From NCBI GenBank assembly GCA_964106915.2, contig OZ066914.1: a DNA stretch of 64,000 nucleotides; one strand, 5' to 3'. The translations under genes were made by a program, and so were the position numbers. Source of the DNA: Podarcis gaigeae (Eukaryota). The stretch's first letter is position 1. The number at the start of each line of letters is the position of its first letter. Positions 13,750 through 26,582 of the stretch are shown piece by piece. The notes under the pieces were generated by a model. The model saw nothing but the letters and a program-made list of their open reading frames with translations. It had not been told where the DNA came from and made no database searches.

Positions 13750-14644
13750 TAAATACAAAGGAGAAGGCAATTGTGGTGAGGCTCCTCCCTAAACAGGCTG
13801 GGGAGAGTAGTGTTCACGCTAACACTTACACATGCAGAGTTGTTTTTTTATAAACTAAGCACCTTGCCCAACTCGAGAAAGGATTTTAAACCCACTCCTA
13901 CACACACAGCCCCAAAAGTTGACATACCTGCTGCAGGACATGGAATTGGTGGAGGATAAAACTGTTGTTCCTTTCAGCAATTACAGATACAAGTCATTCC
14001 AGATAATCTACCCTTCCCTATGCTCTTCCACATTTTGGCCCCCAACACCTGAAATATTTGGGGAGGGGAAATGCAGGGCTCTTTGGGTCTCCCAGATTCC
14101 TCCTGCCCACGTATACCAACCTCATTCACCCATCCCAGTTAACATGAATGAAAGGAGACCACCTCTGCTTCTTCAACCTCTCCACCCTCTCCCACACACA
14201 GATGATCAGTCAATGTGTGCCCAGCCACATTATAGGCTTTGTGGCAGAGGATCATGGCTCACGTCATTCTGAGGGCCACTTCTACATTGCTAATATAGCA
14301 AGAAATCTGCATCATTGCTTCAGCTACATACACACACTATATGTGACACACTACAACCCATTCTCTATTCACCTCTTCTCTCTCCACCTCCATTGCAGGG
14401 CTGTCTACAACCCATGCTGCTCAGATTCATCCTCTGTGCACCATGTCTAGCATGCACTCACTCTCTTCTCTCTGCATCCTAATTCATAACCTTCTGTTTC
14501 CTCCTTCTTCTGCATATCAGTTATCTCCTCACACTCCCACAGCTCTCTTTGCACCCCATCTGTTATTCACCCACCCCTTTCTCTTTTCAAGGGCTGGCCC
14601 ACAGATAAGCCTGGCTGGGAGGGGGAGGAGGGAAACAAGTGCCT

Positions 14645-15002
14645 GGAATGGGAACCTGTAGCCCTCCAGATGTTGTTGGACACCAACTCCCATCAGCCTC
14701 TGTCAGCATGGTCAACAAAATAAAATAAAATAAATTCCTTCCAGTAGCACCTTAGAGACCAACTAAGTTAGCTATAGGTATGAACTTTCGTGTGCATGCA
14801 CACTTCGAAAGCTCATACCAATAACTAACTTAGTTGGTCTCTAAGGTGCTACTGGAAGGAATTTTTTTATTTATTTTGTTTTGTTTTGACTATGGCAGAC
14901 CAACACGGCTACCTACCTGTAACTAGAAGCATGGTCAGCAGTCAGGGATGGCAGGAGTTGTAGTACAGCAACATGTGGGGGCCTACAGCTCCCCATCCCT
15001 GC
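14645..15002. mobile_element. hAT-type palindromic MITE interrupted by a Penelope insertion
   Basis: Left half (ccagatgttgttggacaccaactcccatcagc) and right half (gggatggcaggagttgtagtacagcaacatg...ccccatccctg) flank 14715-14927. Confidence 0.7.
14715..14927. mobile_element. Penelope-like element remnant (inverted pseudo-LTR pair plus 3' tail)
   Basis: Inverted arms ttccttccagtagcaccttagagaccaactaagtt / aacttagttggtctctaaggtgctactggaaggaa; tail cagaccaacacggctacctacctg; TSD agcatggtca on both sides. Confidence 0.8.
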
Positions 15003-16659
15003 ACTTAAGAGGAGACAAATAAGATGGTCTGCCCCCCACCTATGAACTTAATGCTGTGTAGGTATGATTACAGGATACTTCTGCAAGAACAAGTTCAAAG
15101 GCAATAATAAGCTATCCAATCCATATGAACTGCAGGGGAAGGTGCAGCTATCCTTTATCTGGGAAGCAGGCTAGCCTTGCAGACCCAGAACTGCTATGGA
15201 ACTAGGTAGCTGCAAGTCTCAAGAGGAACTCCACCATCACCACCACTGAACCATAGGTTTGTTCTTTTTAAAGAATAAGGAGTTATATGCACTGAAGAAA
15301 AAGGAGTACAATGTTCTTAGATTAATTTATAGTATGACATTGGAAGACAGTAACATCTCTTGTGTTTATCGTTCCGAGTGGTACTTTGAAGAAGCACTTA
15401 TTCTCTTACAGAGTTGAAACAAAAATCATTTCAAAACACCTATAACATGGCATGGCAGGGGAAGCCATCTTTCTCATCCATAAAGATGTAAAAAGGGCCT
15501 ATATAACAGATGCTATTGTAATTTCTGTATATTGTACTGTACAGTTGTGACACAATGTTCACTACTATAGTTGATGGGGGGAGTGGAGACAGTCAAGAGA
15601 TCTTATTTTGGAAACATTGTGGCTCAAGGATGATAGACCAAAAAAAAAAAAAAAAAGGAAGCCAAAACTGACAACTATAAAAAGCTACGTATATACACAG
15701 TCACACCAGCTGAGAGATCAAACATCTACCTTCCTGAGAGAGGTATAGTTCTCCCAATTGCATAGCAAGTTTAGCAGATCATCTGTAAAGGCTCCAAAAC
15801 AGTGGAAGTAGTTTCTGTGATAGAAACACCAGAGGCCCAACAAGAGACACAATCATCCCCATGTTCCCCTCACAAACTGAACTTTTTTGCAAATTGTTTT
15901 ATTGCAACATCTTCATTTAGGCACTACTGATAACAACATAACTGAACTGATCAAGTTTTGAGATGAACGCTCTGAGAATTTACCCCTGTGCTGTGCCCAC
16001 TGAAGGCATCAGGAAGTTTCATTTCATTTTATATGTTTATAAAACTGGGAATCATTGATCGATGGTAACACCACATTTATTAATCCACATACCTAGCACA
16101 CACAGATAAAGGCTGCAACAATAGGACAAAGATACCTACGCATTTTGGAGAGAGAAACTGAAACAACGACAAACAAAAATCTCCAAAGAGCCGGTTAGGG
16201 AAAGATATCCAAGACTAAGGTGGAAACAGAAATGCATCCTTTTATATGGCAGCACAGGCTTGCCTTAATCTCACATTTAAGCACAATAGGGAGAGGTGGG
16301 GATAAAACAAAAGCTGCATTTCTCTGGTCTTTCTTTCTCTCAATGTAGATTACAAACACATGGAAAAATTCAGAGGCTCCTCCATAGGACACCCAATCCA
16401 CCCCAGCCTATTTAGATGTACCCGCCCTGCACTAATCCTTACGAATTTGCTTTGTTCGAATATAAATCTCAAAGAGATGGGAATAGGGCAGGGGGAGATA
16501 TCCCTCTGGCAGGTCACTTTCTTACAAGAGTTCCTCCCACCTACCCACCCACAACTATCATGCTCGTCCATTGTGCCGGCGCTGGAGATCTTTCCCCTAT
16601 CCTACATGCGGAGAAGACTGAAAGCGCGACCTCTGTAAAATAAAAAAAGGAGCCAAGAT

Positions 16660-17590
16660 GCGAAGCCCAAGCAATTTTGTCCCGCCCACCCTGGCATAGT
16701 CTTTCACCTACAGAGGATCCCTCTTGCTCATCATCCCCGCTCGCCATCCAGCCAGCTCTGCAGCTCCAGACAATGCTCTCCCTTCCCGCTCCCCACCCGC
16801 ACACCGCCCTCGCCCTCGCTCCCCTCCCCCTCCAAGCCCCCTGCCCATGCAGATCCCGGGCAACATGACAGTGCAAGGGCGGGCGGGTGTGAATACCTGG
16901 CGGCGGAGGCTGTGGCGCCGACACTGGAGGCGGGCGCAAAGATATTTGGACTCCTGCACGTCCTAAAAGAGGCATTCAGACGAATGGGAGCAGCAGAAGC
17001 CTCTAATCCCCGCTGCTGCCGCTCCTGCTGCTGCAATGCATGGCTGATGCTCTTCTCCGCCCCTGTGTTGCCGATAAAGCTGCAGCTTGGGCTTGGTAAG
17101 AATGGAACCTCGGCGCGCAGGCGCACTCGCCGCTCGCTAGGAAAGACTGGAGTGGGGGGGCGGTGCTGCACATGCGCCGTAGACCACAGCACAGGGGCAT
17201 GCGGTGAGCATGCGCCTCTTGTTCCTGGCTCTTCTAGGGACCATCACGCATGTGCTGCCCGAGTCTCTTCCCTGGCCGACGCTCCCGCCGACAGTCATAG
17301 AGGTCCGTCAAAGGCTAGATAGAACCAAGGGGGGGGGGGCATCTCTATGGTGACGTGAATCCGATACTGGAAGGCGCGGGGCGGAGGGATGCAAAGTGTG
17401 TAGCTGAGGCGATGAGCTCACCGCGCGTTGTACGCATGCGTCGGTCAGCCGTATTCTAGTAATGACGTATGTGCACAAACGGCTGCTGCATTCCTTGATT
17501 AATATTAATAAGAGAACGAGAGGGGGCGGAGTTTCGGAGTGGAGATGAAGGCTGAGCGCGCCGGTCTCGCCTTCCGGGGTCAAAGGTCAT
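16660..17590 (-). promoter_or_regulatory. CpG-island promoter of a - strand gene (probably CLASP1)
   Basis: High GC and CpG density; NRF1-like gcatgcg sites (about 17197-17216 and 17432-17441), CRE-like tgacgt (about 17351 and 17463), GC boxes ggggcgga (about 17377 and 17523), ETS cttccgg (17571), DR1 gggtcaaaggtca (17577-17589). Confidence 0.85.
16897..17150 (-). other. CLASP1: Putative non-coding first exon (5' UTR) of the - strand gene, likely CLASP1; TSS approximate
   Basis: Donor ccgccag|gtattc at 16897/16896 followed on the - strand by G-runs typical of a first intron; promoter motifs lie upstream. No CLASP1 coding exon is in the window, so identity rests on CLASP1-(NIFK)-TSN synteny and orientation. 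Confidence 0.45.
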
Positions 17591-18861
17591 AAGAAGGCAA
17601 TGCAGTATTATTTCAAAATAATTAGGGAAAGGGGTGGGGGTGGGGATTGCGTCCTAAAGAGACACACTGTACAGGGAAGCTTCTAAGGAAGTAATATTTC
17701 CTTCCCGCTCCCCGTTATTATTCCTGATTACCTGTTGAATTTCTGCCTGTTGTTCTAGTGTTAACTGCATTCAAATACATTTCAACTGGTATTGCCTTTA
17801 AAAGATCTCTATCTCTGTGTGTGTGTTTGTGTGTATTTGGGCGGTGGGAGTAAGAATCTTATGGCACCTTAAAGATTAACTGCAAAATATGTATACAGGT
17901 CTACTCAGAAGCTTCAGTGTAAAAAAATATGCATTGTTTGTATTTGGTTTGCCGTTACTATTCTGCAAAAGTGAAGAACAGTTATGGATTGAAGGTTAAA
18001 TTTATATTTCAATAAGCAGTTAACCATTTAAATGATCTAATAAGGCAGCTATGGTTATACTTGGTTGGCAATGAGTTCCTTAATGGTAGCCCTTGTCCAT
18101 CATTTGTCAGGTTAAGAGGTACCGCTGCTGACTGGGACTTACGGAGAGGATTGTTCACACACAGAGGCATCCTAAAATGCTTCCATTTTGCTCATTGTCT
18201 GCCTGCCTCTCTGCTGACTCTGTTCCAAGCCATCAAAAAGAACCATCAAGAGGAAATCACTGCAATGACCAAGCCTAACAAAAGACAGAGAGAGAAGTCA
18301 CCAGCAAAACTAAGACCCTGCACTCTGGGTACTTAGCAATGGAAGATGCCAGAGAGGAGGAGGGAAGTTCCAGGTTTGCAGGGGGGAATGATGTAACCAA
18401 ACTGAGAAAAGTGTCAGTTTTGCAAATGGGGGGTGGGGGTGCATGTGAATGCTCTGTACTCTAGGCTCAGGTTGTATGTATGTGTAAATAAACCATATAT
18501 CATAAAGATGTCATAGTCTCTGCTGTGCCTCATTGTCCAAAAAGAAACACAGACCCTGCTAAGTGTACCTGATACCCCTGGAATCTTGCACTGCTCAGAA
18601 ATTGGGGTGTCGTGTAACAATATCCTCTGCCCGGATCTCTGTAAGTGAGGACTGCATGAATGGGTGGTTAACTTAGAAGGGCCATAACCTTGTGCCTATT
18701 GTGTAATTTGCCACCACAGGAAAAGTAACATTTAAACAACAGTCCTAAACAGGACTTACTTCTGAGGAGGCATGCATAGGTTTGCAGTGTTAGTTTGGGC
18801 AACTTTTGTACGTTGGAGATACGTGAGGAAAAGGCCAAAAAGATTCCTTGTAGAAATGCAA

Positions 18862-19066
18862 GTACGTTCTCCCTTACTAAAAAAAAAAACAAAAAAAAAA
18901 CCTAGAATGACAACAGTATGCTGAATTTTACACATGGGATTCCTGTTGCTGTGAAGTACACGTACGTTCTCCCTTACTAAAAAAAAACAAAAAAAACCTA
19001 GAATGACAACAGTATGCTGAATTTTACACTTTTCTATCATGGGATTCCTGTTGCTGTGAAGTACAC
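18862..19066. repeat. Direct tandem duplication, 2 x about 100 bp
   Basis: gtacgttctcccttactaaa...ctgtgaagtacac at 18862-18961 and 18962-19066; copies differ in poly-A lengths and a 9-bp indel. Confidence 0.92.
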
Positions 19067-21734
19067 TTTTTCCCTTAAAAGATTTTCACACATCCCTAGC
19101 TTTTTTCAACAGTTAACTACAAAGCACAGTGTATTGATTATCCACAACTCCCAAGCTCAAACAGCATGAAGAAAGCATGGATTCAAATAAATCTTCTTAT
19201 GCCATATCGTTCACAGTCCACATGTCACTATGGTGTGAATGGTGCACTGAGCATCCCCTTTACACACATCCCAATAACCATAGACAGTGCGGTTGAATGA
19301 TTTCTGAAATTCATTTGTGTCTAAACAAAAGTATTATCAAGTGCCCCTTGGAAGAGACAATTTCAGCTGCTGTGTCACAATGTCAGATTGTGAAATAACT
19401 TCTGTCACTCAGAAGAAGAAGAGATGTTGGAATCATGGTGGATAATGCCCTAAAATATCAGTAAAGAAGACTGCAGCTATTTAAAAAGCAACAGTGCACT
19501 ACCATTTTACTTATCAGATATAAATACACAGAATATAAACCTCCTCCATTAACTGGTAATGGAAATGGTCAAAGTGGGGGCAGGCATGGTTGGATATTCC
19601 CATTTCAACTCCATTCATGTCTATGGGGGGATGCAAAAGGGCTGATTCTAATATCCAGCATGAACAGAAAGGACTTCTGAATAAATACATCTCACTTCCT
19701 CTTTCAGGTATACTTAAACCTTACTGTGCTGAAGAGCAGAAAGACTGAAGAAAGGGCAGAAGGTCTGTGCAGAAAGACAGCAGTGATGAAAGGGCTCCCC
19801 CTGACCCTGTAAGGGAAGCAGAGGTGCCTTTGCGACCGATAACTTGCTCTGCATAGAGTGAGGCTTTGCTCTCTGCAGTTTGCTATGAACTAATCCTAAT
19901 GCAAGGACTATGTATGCATATCTTTGACCGACCTTGGGAGGAATAACTTACACATACAAGTCATAATGTAAAAGGCTAGTTTGCATATATTTCCAATACA
20001 CACAAATTGTGCGATTCCTTTCGCACCTCATTTCCTTTCCTTTCACTCCCCTGCTCTTCCTCTTCCTTTATTAACATGTTTCTCACCAGTAGTACACAGC
20101 AAGCCATCATAATCTCTTCAAGTCCTATTCCTACACTTTAAAAGCCCACTTACCATATTAATTCCACCTAACGGCAAGCCTGCTGTAATATGATGGGAGT
20201 TTTAAGGTTGTAAATGAAACAAGCTCACATTAAGGGAGATTCGCTAGTTCTGTATGAAAGGCTGTGCAAAATCAATGAAGGTTGCCATCCTAGGAATACT
20301 TACTTGGGAGTAAGTCTCACTGAAAATGATGGAATTCCACAGGGGAGCAGTAAGAAATATTATAATATTCCTGACCTGCTCGTTTGCAACAATTTGGGGT
20401 ATTACCTCTGGTGGGGGACACATCATACTCTTTCTGGGGTAGTTTGTCCACCTTTGGTCCCTATCCAGCACTCAGCTGTCATCTGTGGCTCCTAAAAGTT
20501 GCTGGCATGTGACAGCAGCCACATCCCAGGAATGGCTTCGACTGGCCAGCTAAACCAGGTGAGGGTAGCCTATGGGTCTCAAACTCTTGGTGAGTTAGGG
20601 ACTTCCCCTGTTTGCAAAGCCAGGCTCTGAAGGATTGAGCAGATGAGACCAACATTGGGTCCAAGGGTCAAGAAGACGGTTTCTGCATGTGCTATAGATG
20701 GAAGTGGGGGGCAGATGGAGATTGCCAACCCTGGGAAGGAAAACTCTGATCCTAAGCCTCTGCTGCCTTGTGGGATACCTTCAAGAGAAGAAAAGGCTAA
20801 AGAGTAAACCCTACAGAAATCCCAAGTGGAGTTCCTAAGATGGTTGGATGGCATCTTGTATGCTTCCTTCCAGCAACTCCTGCAGTCAATCTGGTGCCAA
20901 ACATATTGCTCTGCTTTCCTTTGGACCACCAGTGAGGCCAAAAGTGGGGTCTGATTGTCTGGGCAGCCCAGGACCTCCATACACACTGTCCAGGCTTGCA
21001 CCCCAATAACGTCACTTTGGTCCAGTCCATTGTCTCTAGAGACAGACAGATGCAAACAACATTATGTATAGTCCAATCTGATGCATTTTAACTTGGAAGT
21101 CATAGTGAATTCAATGGAACCATACTACCTAAAGGACCATCTTCTCTAATAAGATAGGCAGATGAAGGGGGACTTGTTTATCTACACAGGCGAGTCCCTT
21201 TTCATTTAAACAGGACTAATGAGGTGATTTGTTCTTCTCAGCTGCTGGCTGCCATTTTGTTTCCATTTTTTATCTGCTCTTACCCTATTTCTATATGGTT
21301 TTATCATGTTGTTGCTTGTTACGTTATGTAGATTGGTTAGTTTCTATTGTGGATTTTATTATTCTTTCCCACATTGGGCTTTTTAAATTGGAACATGTTG
21401 GTATAAATGTAACAAACAAAAATAAGTGAGTAAGTCCCATTGAACTTAATGAGATTTCTGGATAGAGAGGCATAGACTAGTGATGGAGGTCAATAGGAAT
21501 ACAATAACTGACCATTTTGAGGGGGAAAGTGCTAGTTTTCAGAATAAAAGCTGGAAAGATGTAACTGAAGTTGGAAAAATGTCCTTTATATGTCAGTATC
21601 ATCTAAATTCCTAGTTGTAGTATAATACACACATTAAAGTTTCATTCCACAGAACTGTGTATCTAGTTATCTGAATCCATGAGTTTTTCTGAGGGGAATT
21701 TCAAGAGCAGTTTCTGATATGGCATAAGATCAGC

Positions 21735-21890
21735 CGCTCTATCTCTACTGTCAGAGGAGGGAAGAGTGCTGTTGCACCCAGGTCCTGCTTGCAGGTTTCC
21801 CCACAGGTGTCTGGTTGGCCACTGTGAGAAAAGAATCCTGAACTAGATGGTCCACTGGCCTGAACTAGGTGGCTTTTAAATTCTTATTCT
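21735..21890 (+). mobile_element. CR1 LINE 3' fragment
   Basis: ctggttggccactgtgagaaaagaatcctgaactagatggtccactggcctga...ttcttattct. Confidence 0.6.
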
Positions 21891-24800
21891 TAACCTCCTA
21901 ATATTGGCAGCCTCTGACCTACTTCTTTTAAAAGAAAGTTAAAAAACAGAAGAGGAGTTTGAAAAAACTGCAATGAAAAGCAAATAGATATGCAAAATGA
22001 TAAATAAATTGTATATATAAACAAGATATTACCATTAAGCCATTTTTAGTCTAGCATTTTTATTGTGTTTATAAAAAACCCATCTGGTTAATTAAAACCC
22101 TTATTACTGTTTTCATCTCTTATTAACTTGCAACAGGGGAAAACCCTTACTATCCATGAACATTATTAAACTCATTCGTTTTAAATGTACATTTAAACAA
22201 AAGCTTTTAGTGATCATACATCAAAACAGCATGACATTGCAATGAAGGTATAATTAAGGAATTAAATGTTGCACTTTCCTTTACAGCGTGTATGTTTCGC
22301 CCAGACGTATCCTAAGCAATCTTGCTTGTGGTCTAAGGAGCATTTGGAGCTGAGACGTTAAAATCAGAGATGGCCTAAGACTTTTCTGTGTCTCAGAGAA
22401 AAAAACCAGCGACGTATGGGCTCTTATGGTGGTTTTATACTGTATAGTTCTAATAGAAAAGGCTCAGTTTTTATGTATCCTTACTTTGGAATAAGCTCCT
22501 GCAGCAAGATTGCACCCCACCCATCTATTCCACGTGGAAGGTAGATAGTGCTGTTGGCATAGAAAAGTGAGAATTATACAGAATCTTAGCTGGCAGCTGC
22601 ATTGTGGCTAGCTGAGTCACGCTCCTCTCCCTACTTCTCAGAGTGCCCACTAGCAAGCCCCCAGCTCCAGTCTTCCCCATCACTGACATTGCCGTCACTG
22701 TTCCCTACCCATTCCTCCATACCACTGAGTATAGAATGGTTTTGGCAAGGCAAAGACCAATTGACCAACGGGAGCTGTAGTTCAGCAACATCTGGAGGGC
22801 CACAGGTTCCTTACCCCTATCCTAGCATAAAGGCTCAAACAGAAGCAGGGTGTGTTTTAACTGATCATGTGAGAAGACTGCAAGTTTTACCGCTTTTATC
22901 TTTATCACTTTTGGTATATTTTAGCTGCTTTAATTTCCACTGTGGAAGTACGTGGAGGGAAAAAATCCCTACCCTAACAAAGACAACAACTGCTAGACAA
23001 AATGTTTTTATTTTCATGCCTCTAAAAGCATTTCCCTTGTGGTTATATGTATGAGTCAGCAACTCATCAATTCTGCAGTATTTTTAAAGAGTTGCTTAAG
23101 GGACAATATGGCAAAGCAAACCTTCTGAAATTAGGATATGCAAAAGCTTCCAGGGCGGGTGGAACTATCCAGACTCTGGCTCTACCAATTGATTTTGAAC
23201 TAGGTGGGGGGTGGGATACCAGGATTATTATTAATAGCCTTCTAGCTTTCTGGGAAATGATCTCACCAAGCTGGACTAATCTTTTAAATTCGCATTATGG
23301 AGGCAAAATGTCTTTTTTTAGAGGCAGCTACTTAAATCGATGGGTCATTTCTAACTATATAATACCTTATATGTTGCTCTGAATATTGGAATGTCCCCAG
23401 AATTCCAACAGCAAAAAGAGCAGGGTATCTCAAAAGAGAACGCTGTGCATTATCTCGCATTGCAGGTACACAAAACGCAAATCAACCCAGTCCCCAAACA
23501 CTAAGCCCCTTCCACGCAAGGGGTCTGCAAGATGCTATTGAGCTTTAAGTGGCCTGCCTCCTTAATTAATTACACATGTAATCCTATTTTAAAAATCCAC
23601 TGAGAGGATATGCTTTGAATTCCAATTTGTTTATGCCCCGCCTGTGTTCATCTTGAGCTTACTTAAGGATGCGCCCCACCCCATTCCAGAGGCTCACTTT
23701 TCCAGAGGGAACAGGAGCAACTTCCTCCTTACTGTTATGCTATTCTTGCCTTGGTCCGGCTGCTGTATTGATAAGTGCAAAAATGAATTGAGTAAGAGGA
23801 GGCAGAGAATAAACAACTGCAGCAGGAACAAGCTCATATAAATGTTCCCAACTGCAGGTGTCAAACCACTTCAGAATCTGCTTTGATGTTGCAGAGGTTT
23901 CCAAGGTACTTGCTTGGTGTACACTTGCTTGGAGCCAGTTAGGCCAAAACAGCACATAAGACTTTGCCCTCCTGGATTTGTAAGTCACCACAAGTAGCTG
24001 ATCACTAATTGCCCCTTAAGAGAAAACCCAAATTGCTGGAAAGGAGGCATGCACATCCCTCACAGTGGGATGGGGAGGTTTTTTGTTTTAATTGAGGTTC
24101 ATGGCAGGGCATTGCTGCAAATGAAAGAGCAGCTTTTATCTGCTATCCACTGCTTGTGGCAGTCTATTTATTTATTTAGTTATTTATGGACTGTCTTACC
24201 CGCCCTTCACCATGAGGCTCCAGAGCAGGTTATGGCAACACAAAATCTGTGGAATCTACATCTATCTATCTAAACTGTCAAAGGCCAGTTCAGCATTTGG
24301 TAAAAAAGATGTTGCCAGATGCGGCTCTGTGGAGAGGAAACTTAAAACTATCCCAGGGAATGGGCTACCCTCAGGGAATATGCCCTTTCCTGGGCTGTCC
24401 CCCCACAACCTTCCAAGAGCGATCGAACTACCAAGGGGGCCTTTCTGCTGATCTGAACACCTGAGAGGGCCTGTAGGGAAGGGAGTGGCCTTCCATACAA
24501 TGCAGAGGAACATTAGTGTCTGCAAGTCTGCAGGGAAGGTTTCCGATCTGCAGCTACTTCCCAAAGTGCTATGAATGCAATGCAACAGTGAAACGCCTCA
24601 ATAAATCTGTTAGTCTTTCAGTTGTGTGCATGCATGTATTCAAAGTGGAATTCCAGTGACGGCAATACAAGGAAAAAAGATTATTGTGTATATAATGTGC
24701 TCGGGAAAAGAAGGGGTGAAAGCCATTGCATGTCTGTGAAAATCAATCAGCTGTACAACCCTTAGAATTTGAAGCAGGTTTAGAGACACCTGCTGACTTA

Positions 24801-26326
24801 TTTCTGTATGGCAGTTAAATATTTCTTAGAGCTTTGGAATCAGAATTTAACTGTGTGTCCCAATGCAAAGGATGAGAAAAACCTGTATTTTTAAATAATG
24901 AAGTACATGGAGAGCTTTGGGGGGGAAAACCAACTTGTCAAGTAGCAGGGAGGAAAGTCTGAGCATGCTGAAATTTCCCCTTCTGTGCAATTAGGAAATG
25001 TATAGGCACCCAGCCCATTTCTGCATCTGATTGCATGATTTACATGACATTCCTGTTTCTCTTTCATTCCACCTTTCCAAAACTCAGCTGGAAGCTTATC
25101 CCTTTCTCTCTTCCTTAGCCTCCCCAAACCTTACCCCTCGTACATTATGTCATCTCTCTACTGATATTTATGAGGTGAAATGAATTGCAACAGGGTATAT
25201 ACAGCAATGTTTGCTGACCTGGTGCCTTCCAGGTGTTTTGTACTACAACTCTCATCACATGCTGGCTGCGGCAGATGGGAGTTCAGGAAAAGGCTGGCAT
25301 ACGGAGTGTGTTGAATGTTGAATACAAGGAGCAGAGCGGTACATTTTGACTGGCCTAACTTGTTGTGAGAGTTTAGAAAAGCTGCACCTTCTAGAATTCT
25401 CTCTTCTTTATAATTATGTCTTTCTCTGTATCTGGACACATTAATCCAAACAGCAGGTCTCCTGGCTATGTGTTCTTCCTGAACTTCCTCACTTCTATAG
25501 GAATAAGGTTTTGTGTTTTTTTTCAATAAGAGGATCCTGCATCTTTAAGCATTGTGGAGGGACAGGAATTATGGCATGTGAAGCTTATCATGCAGGGCTT
25601 TCACTTAATCTGACTCATTTGGCTGGAACAACAAGAACTAAACAGATTCATTTCTTTTTAATACAACTTGTAGATAAAAGCATGTTCTGAATAAAAACCA
25701 AATACTGCAACAACCTACTGGTGACTTTTGAGTATAGTTGTGGTAGAATAAGAATTTTTTTCATTATTTATATTATTATCTACCATTATTTTTGTTTGCT
25801 TGCTTGAAAACACTGGCAAGTATAGAAGCATGCTGCATTTTGTGGGATGAAGTCAGGACTTTGATTCCACAAGACAAAGCAGGTGTGACAGTAATTCATT
25901 CCAGTTCCCAGGGCTAAATGAATAACTGACAGCTCTTGCTCCTTCCACATTCTTATGCTGGGTGCACAGAAGAGGGGCTCAGCATTCTCCAGGGGGGGAA
26001 GAGGCTTTGCTGACACTTCACTCTCTTAGGGTTCAATAACTGTTTCCCTTATTACAGCAGCTAACAGATTTTGTCAGTAAACTGGATTCTGCAGCATGCT
26101 GCGAAGAAAAGAACGATAGGTGCCAACAGAGTCATTTCTGCTCCCTTTCTAAGTTAAATATGGGACACTGCTAATATGCCTCTTTAACAGCTGTAGATGA
26201 GAGGTAATTTGGGTTGATTCTGCTTTTTCTACCACTGTGGCACCAAGCTGCACAATTTTCCCTTCTACATAATCTGCATTTGCAGGCACAGGTAGAAGCC
26301 TTAATCCAATGTTACATGCCTTAGTC

Positions 26327-26582
26327 CATGGGTAGGCAAACTAAGGCCTGGGGGCCGGATGCGGCCCAATCGCCTTCTAAATCCAGCCCATGGGCAGTCC
26401 AGGAATCAGCGTGTTTTTACATGAGTAGGATGTGTCCTTTTATTTAAAATGCATCTCTGGGTTATTTGTGGGGCATAGGAATTTGTTCATTTTACCCCCC
26501 CCCCTCAAAATATAGTCCAGCCCCCCACAAGGTCTGAGGGACAGTGGACTGGCCCCCTGCTGAAAAAGTTTGCTGATCCCTG
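26327..26582. mobile_element. hAT-type non-autonomous element
   Basis: Ends catgggtaggcaaact / agtttgctgatccctg; ggccc subterminal repeats; 8-bp TSD ccttagtc/gcttagtc. Confidence 0.85.

Noticed and set aside
16541-17583. Cluster of 80-150 aa overlapping ORFs
   Set aside because: Stop-codon depletion in a CpG island; no domain-like content.
18100-18619. Possible solo LTR (AATAAA at about 18486, ends ...gtaaca)
   Set aside because: Could not identify a matching TG start with a 4-6 bp TSD; needs RepeatMasker.
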